Positions 50,112-52,890 of a stretch of 52,890 bases of DNA are shown here, in pieces. Below the pieces are notes generated by a model. That model searched no databases, was not told the DNA's origin, and saw only the letters and a list, made by a program, of their open reading frames with translations. This DNA is from Atractiella rhizophila (Eukaryota): positions 1-52,890 of the forward strand of contig MU271287.1 in NCBI GenBank assembly GCA_021432655.1, read 5' to 3'. Made by a program: the position numbers and the translations under genes. Numbering within the stretch: the first letter of the stretch is position 1; each line of letters starts with the position of its first letter.

Positions 50112-51287
50112 CTAAGATTTATCCACCCTTACAGCAGTTCCTCTCACAGGGCGAGCAAACCCCTTTCCTCCTCTACCAAATCTCACATTCCGCGGCACCA
50201 TCTCCACCTCCATCTTCTTCACTCCTTCAACAATCCCCTCCATCCCCTCCGCACCATTTCCATCCGCCTGTTCGTCTTTTTTCGTGATAGCAGGGGCGGA
50301 TCGTAAGTGTGGCGGGGAGTCACGTGTCGTTTCCACTTGTTGAGAGCTGGAGGGAAGAGGGGACTGAGTTGTTCCCCCTCTGTTTCCACGCCCACGACCA
50401 CGACCACGACCACGACCGCTTCCTCGAACAAAGGCGCCTCGTCCTCTCGTATTCAACCGTCCGCGCCCACCTCCTCGCGCTTGATTTTCAGCTGGCGGAT
50501 GTACTCCCTCCTCCTTTTCGTTATCCTCCATCTCCAGGTCCTTCTTCGTTTCTGTTTCTGTTTCTGGCTGAATATCATGTTCTCCCACTTTCTCGCCATC
50601 CTGCATCTCCACCTCCTTCCCTTCAGTCGAGGATGCAGGGGGTGGTTGCCGTTCCTTCCATTCTCCTCTTACCATCCCGCTCCCTACACCCCATTTCCGC
50701 CACCTCCCCACCATTCCTTCGTTCACGATTCCAAAGAAAAATGACTTTGGATAAGCGTGCTTGTCGATCAGGTGCAGGCGACGTTTCTTAGGTGAGCCGA
50801 AGCGTTGCGTACAATCAGGAACAAAGCATCGAAACTGTCCAAATCACAATTGTGTGAGTTCGTTTTCGTTTATGAAGCGAGGATGGATGAAAAAGAGAGA
50901 AACCCCGCGTACAATCTTCTGTCCTTTCTCCATCGCCGCTGACAGCAATGGATCGTGATTCTCTCCAATGTGCAGCTCCAAAAAGAGCTCAGAAGGAAAT
51001 ATCTTCGCGCATTTCTTGCCCCCTTTTCCACTCTTGCCGTCCACGGACTGACAAACAAAGGTATGATGAGTGTTGTAATGGTCGTCCAACTGGGCAGGAG
51101 TCTTGAACGTGATTGGAGCTGCAGAACACAGTGGTGGAAGCGTGCATGTCAACCCTGCAGCGACATCGACGGTGTCATCTTCATCGCGGGTGGCATCTGG
51201 TGACGGAGGCACGCGTGCTGATGAGGGAGAGGCAGAGGAGGCGCTTGGAGAGGGGGAGAGCGACCGTCGACGCTTTAGATTGGACAT
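50112..51287 (-). CDS. ZNF511-like C2H2 zinc-finger protein with an RG-rich tail, 2 exons
   Basis: CTLPPLC...HYNTHHTFVC...CAKIFPSELFLELHIGENHDPL...KI|FRCFVPDCTQRFGSPKKRRLHLIDKHAYPKSFFF; GRGRGRGRG tail. Confidence 0.85.
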
Positions 51288-51923
51288 TTTGGCATTTCGT
51301 CGTTTGTATCGGAACCGATGATCAATTTCCGTCACGCGTTTGTTTCCCTCTTGCACTTGTTGACGGGTGTAATACGAGCTCAAACAAGCTCGAGGTACAC
51401 GTTCTCCACTGTGTTATGCAGATAGTGATCAGGGGGACGACGGGTGGGAGTGCGATATGGATTACTCCAGAAGACGAAAATCTCTAGTTCGTGCTTTTCT
51501 GCTGGACAGGTCGGGACGACAGCTGGTGTTGTTTAATTCACCTATCGTGTGGATTGGAATAGAAAGAAGCGCAGCAACCACTTGGCACCCCATGTGTCGT
51601 CTCACATAATGTTGATCTGTCCTATTTCTAGATTGAGGTGGGAAACGCAAAAGATGTCGTTCATCAGAATTGCGCGCGGTCCCATCCTTCAACCAGTATT
51701 TGCCGATGTGTAGATACGAGTGCGACAGGCTCCACAATGAGTCTTGAAGAGCCGGAAAACTTTTGTGATTTTCACCATGCTTTCTGTGGCTTCCCCTGAG
51801 CAATACCATTTAATTAAACCAGCTTCTAGGCACTTTCAATACTACCCTTGCTTTGCTCTGCAAAACGTCCCCCAAGACATCTCACTGTTATCTGCCGAGA
51901 CATTAGATATTCAGCAAACCACA

Positions 51924-52890
51924 ATGCTTCTGGCCCTCATCTCTGGTTCCACAGGCAAGAGGGATCCTCAGATCGTTTTTAAATTCACAAGACCGGCTCG
52001 CAAAGTGTGGAATTCGAAGCAATGCTCATTCAGCGTGCATGATTGCGTATCCGACGCACACGCACTGTCCTCCATTCTACAAGACGAGTCTCTCTTCCCC
52101 GTCACTTTGGTGTTTGATCCGGATTCTCAAGAAAATTTTACGTTACTACTTTCTGTAGATCCTGAGTCGGGGGCCATCACGAGCAGCTCAAGGACAGGAG
52201 AGTCGCTTTCATCGTGTAATTGTCCTCGAATCATCGACACCGTTATCTCGGTATTCATACAACTAGCATGGGTGGATGACCCCTTCAGGGAACTTCCATA
52301 CGAGCTTATGGACATGATATTTACAGCTATGATAGATGCTGACGATGTCCATATTGAACGACGGAGAAAGTCTCACCTTCCTCGTTATCTGCAGCAGCTC
52401 CGACTCGTCAATCGACAGTTTGCGAAAACAGCTTTTCCCACACTCTGTCGCGTCCTGGGGACCTTTACGAGCCCGCCAGTCATCTTCGGCTCTCACCGGG
52501 CAAGCCACTTGTCTAATTCTCCGTTGGCTCTATTCAAGCGGTATCCAGAAGCTACTTCATCTTGGATGCGGCAACTGGTAATTAGAGATTCCGCCACGGA
52601 GAGTGTGAACACGACTTGGATTTTGCTCATCGATGTTTTTAAACGCTGTCGAAACTTGAACTGGATAGTTTTATTCGTGAAACCGACGGCCGATCAGAAC
52701 GTCCGGAAAGCTGTTCTCTCCCATTTATTGTCCCTTCAGCGCCTTACAACTCTGCAGATCACGAACTGCACCGAACACGGTGATTGCCGTTGGGGAACGA
52801 AAGATCTCTCCTTCCTCTTGTCGCAGACTTTGCTCATCAGTAGACTTGCGATTTCCGGTTGGGACCTTCGAGAAGACGATGACTTTCAGA
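51924..52890 (+). CDS. Paralog of the 30368 F-box-like/LRR gene (runs off the window end)
   Basis: Open frame with no stop, so absent from the ORF track: MLLALISGS...FKFTRPARKVWNSKQ...QDESLFPVTLVFD...AWVDDPFRELPYELMDMIF...QQLRLVNRQFAKTA...LFKRYPEA...ISGWDL, colinear with 30368. Confidence 0.85.
   Translation, partial: MLLALISGSTGKRDPQIVFKFTRPARKVWNSKQCSFSVHDCVSDAHALSSILQDESLFPVTLVFDPDSQENFTLLLSVDPESGAITSSSRTGESLSSCNCPRIIDTVISVFIQLAWVDDPFRELPYELMDMIFTAMIDADDVHIERRRKSHLPRYLQQLRLVNRQFAKTAFPTLCRVLGTFTSPPVIFGSHRASHLSNSPLALFKRYPEATSSWMRQLVIRDSATESVNTTWILLIDVFKRCRNLNWIVLFVKPTADQNVRKAVLSHLLSLQRLTTLQITNCTEHGDCRWGTKDLSFLLSQTLLISRLAISGWDLREDDDFQ

Noticed and set aside
50307..50791. Plus-strand ORFs with TTTTT or HDHDHD runs
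   Set aside because: Antisense shadows of the (GR)n-coding hexamer repeat in the zinc-finger gene.

Overview
Fungal nuclear DNA, most likely a basidiomycete (short GT-AG introns of about 45-60 nt, micro-exons, fungal gene content). The first ~7.5 kb is a retrotransposon nest: the 3' end of a decayed Ty1/copia element (pol fragments, PPT, 3' LTR) plus five complete solo LTRs and one LTR fragment. Swapped target-site duplications there record an inversion between two inverted LTRs. The rest is gene-dense: a DCAF8-like WD40 gene, a type I membrane protein with two CBM4/9-like domains, an APH-like kinase, an alcohol-oxidase-like GMC protein lacking its catalytic residues, Rab11, NDUFS4, TSC10, a degenerate Zn2Cys6 factor, a DUF4449-like gene and a ZNF511-like gene. 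There are also five F-box/LRR-like loci plus one truncated duplicate. Three of these loci form a recognisable family, and two of those carry an unrecognised, fast-evolving N-terminal domain. Two ~1.6 kb tandem duplications with A-only junctions may be unmerged haplotypes rather than real duplications. Exon boundaries were read by eye and no database searches were run.
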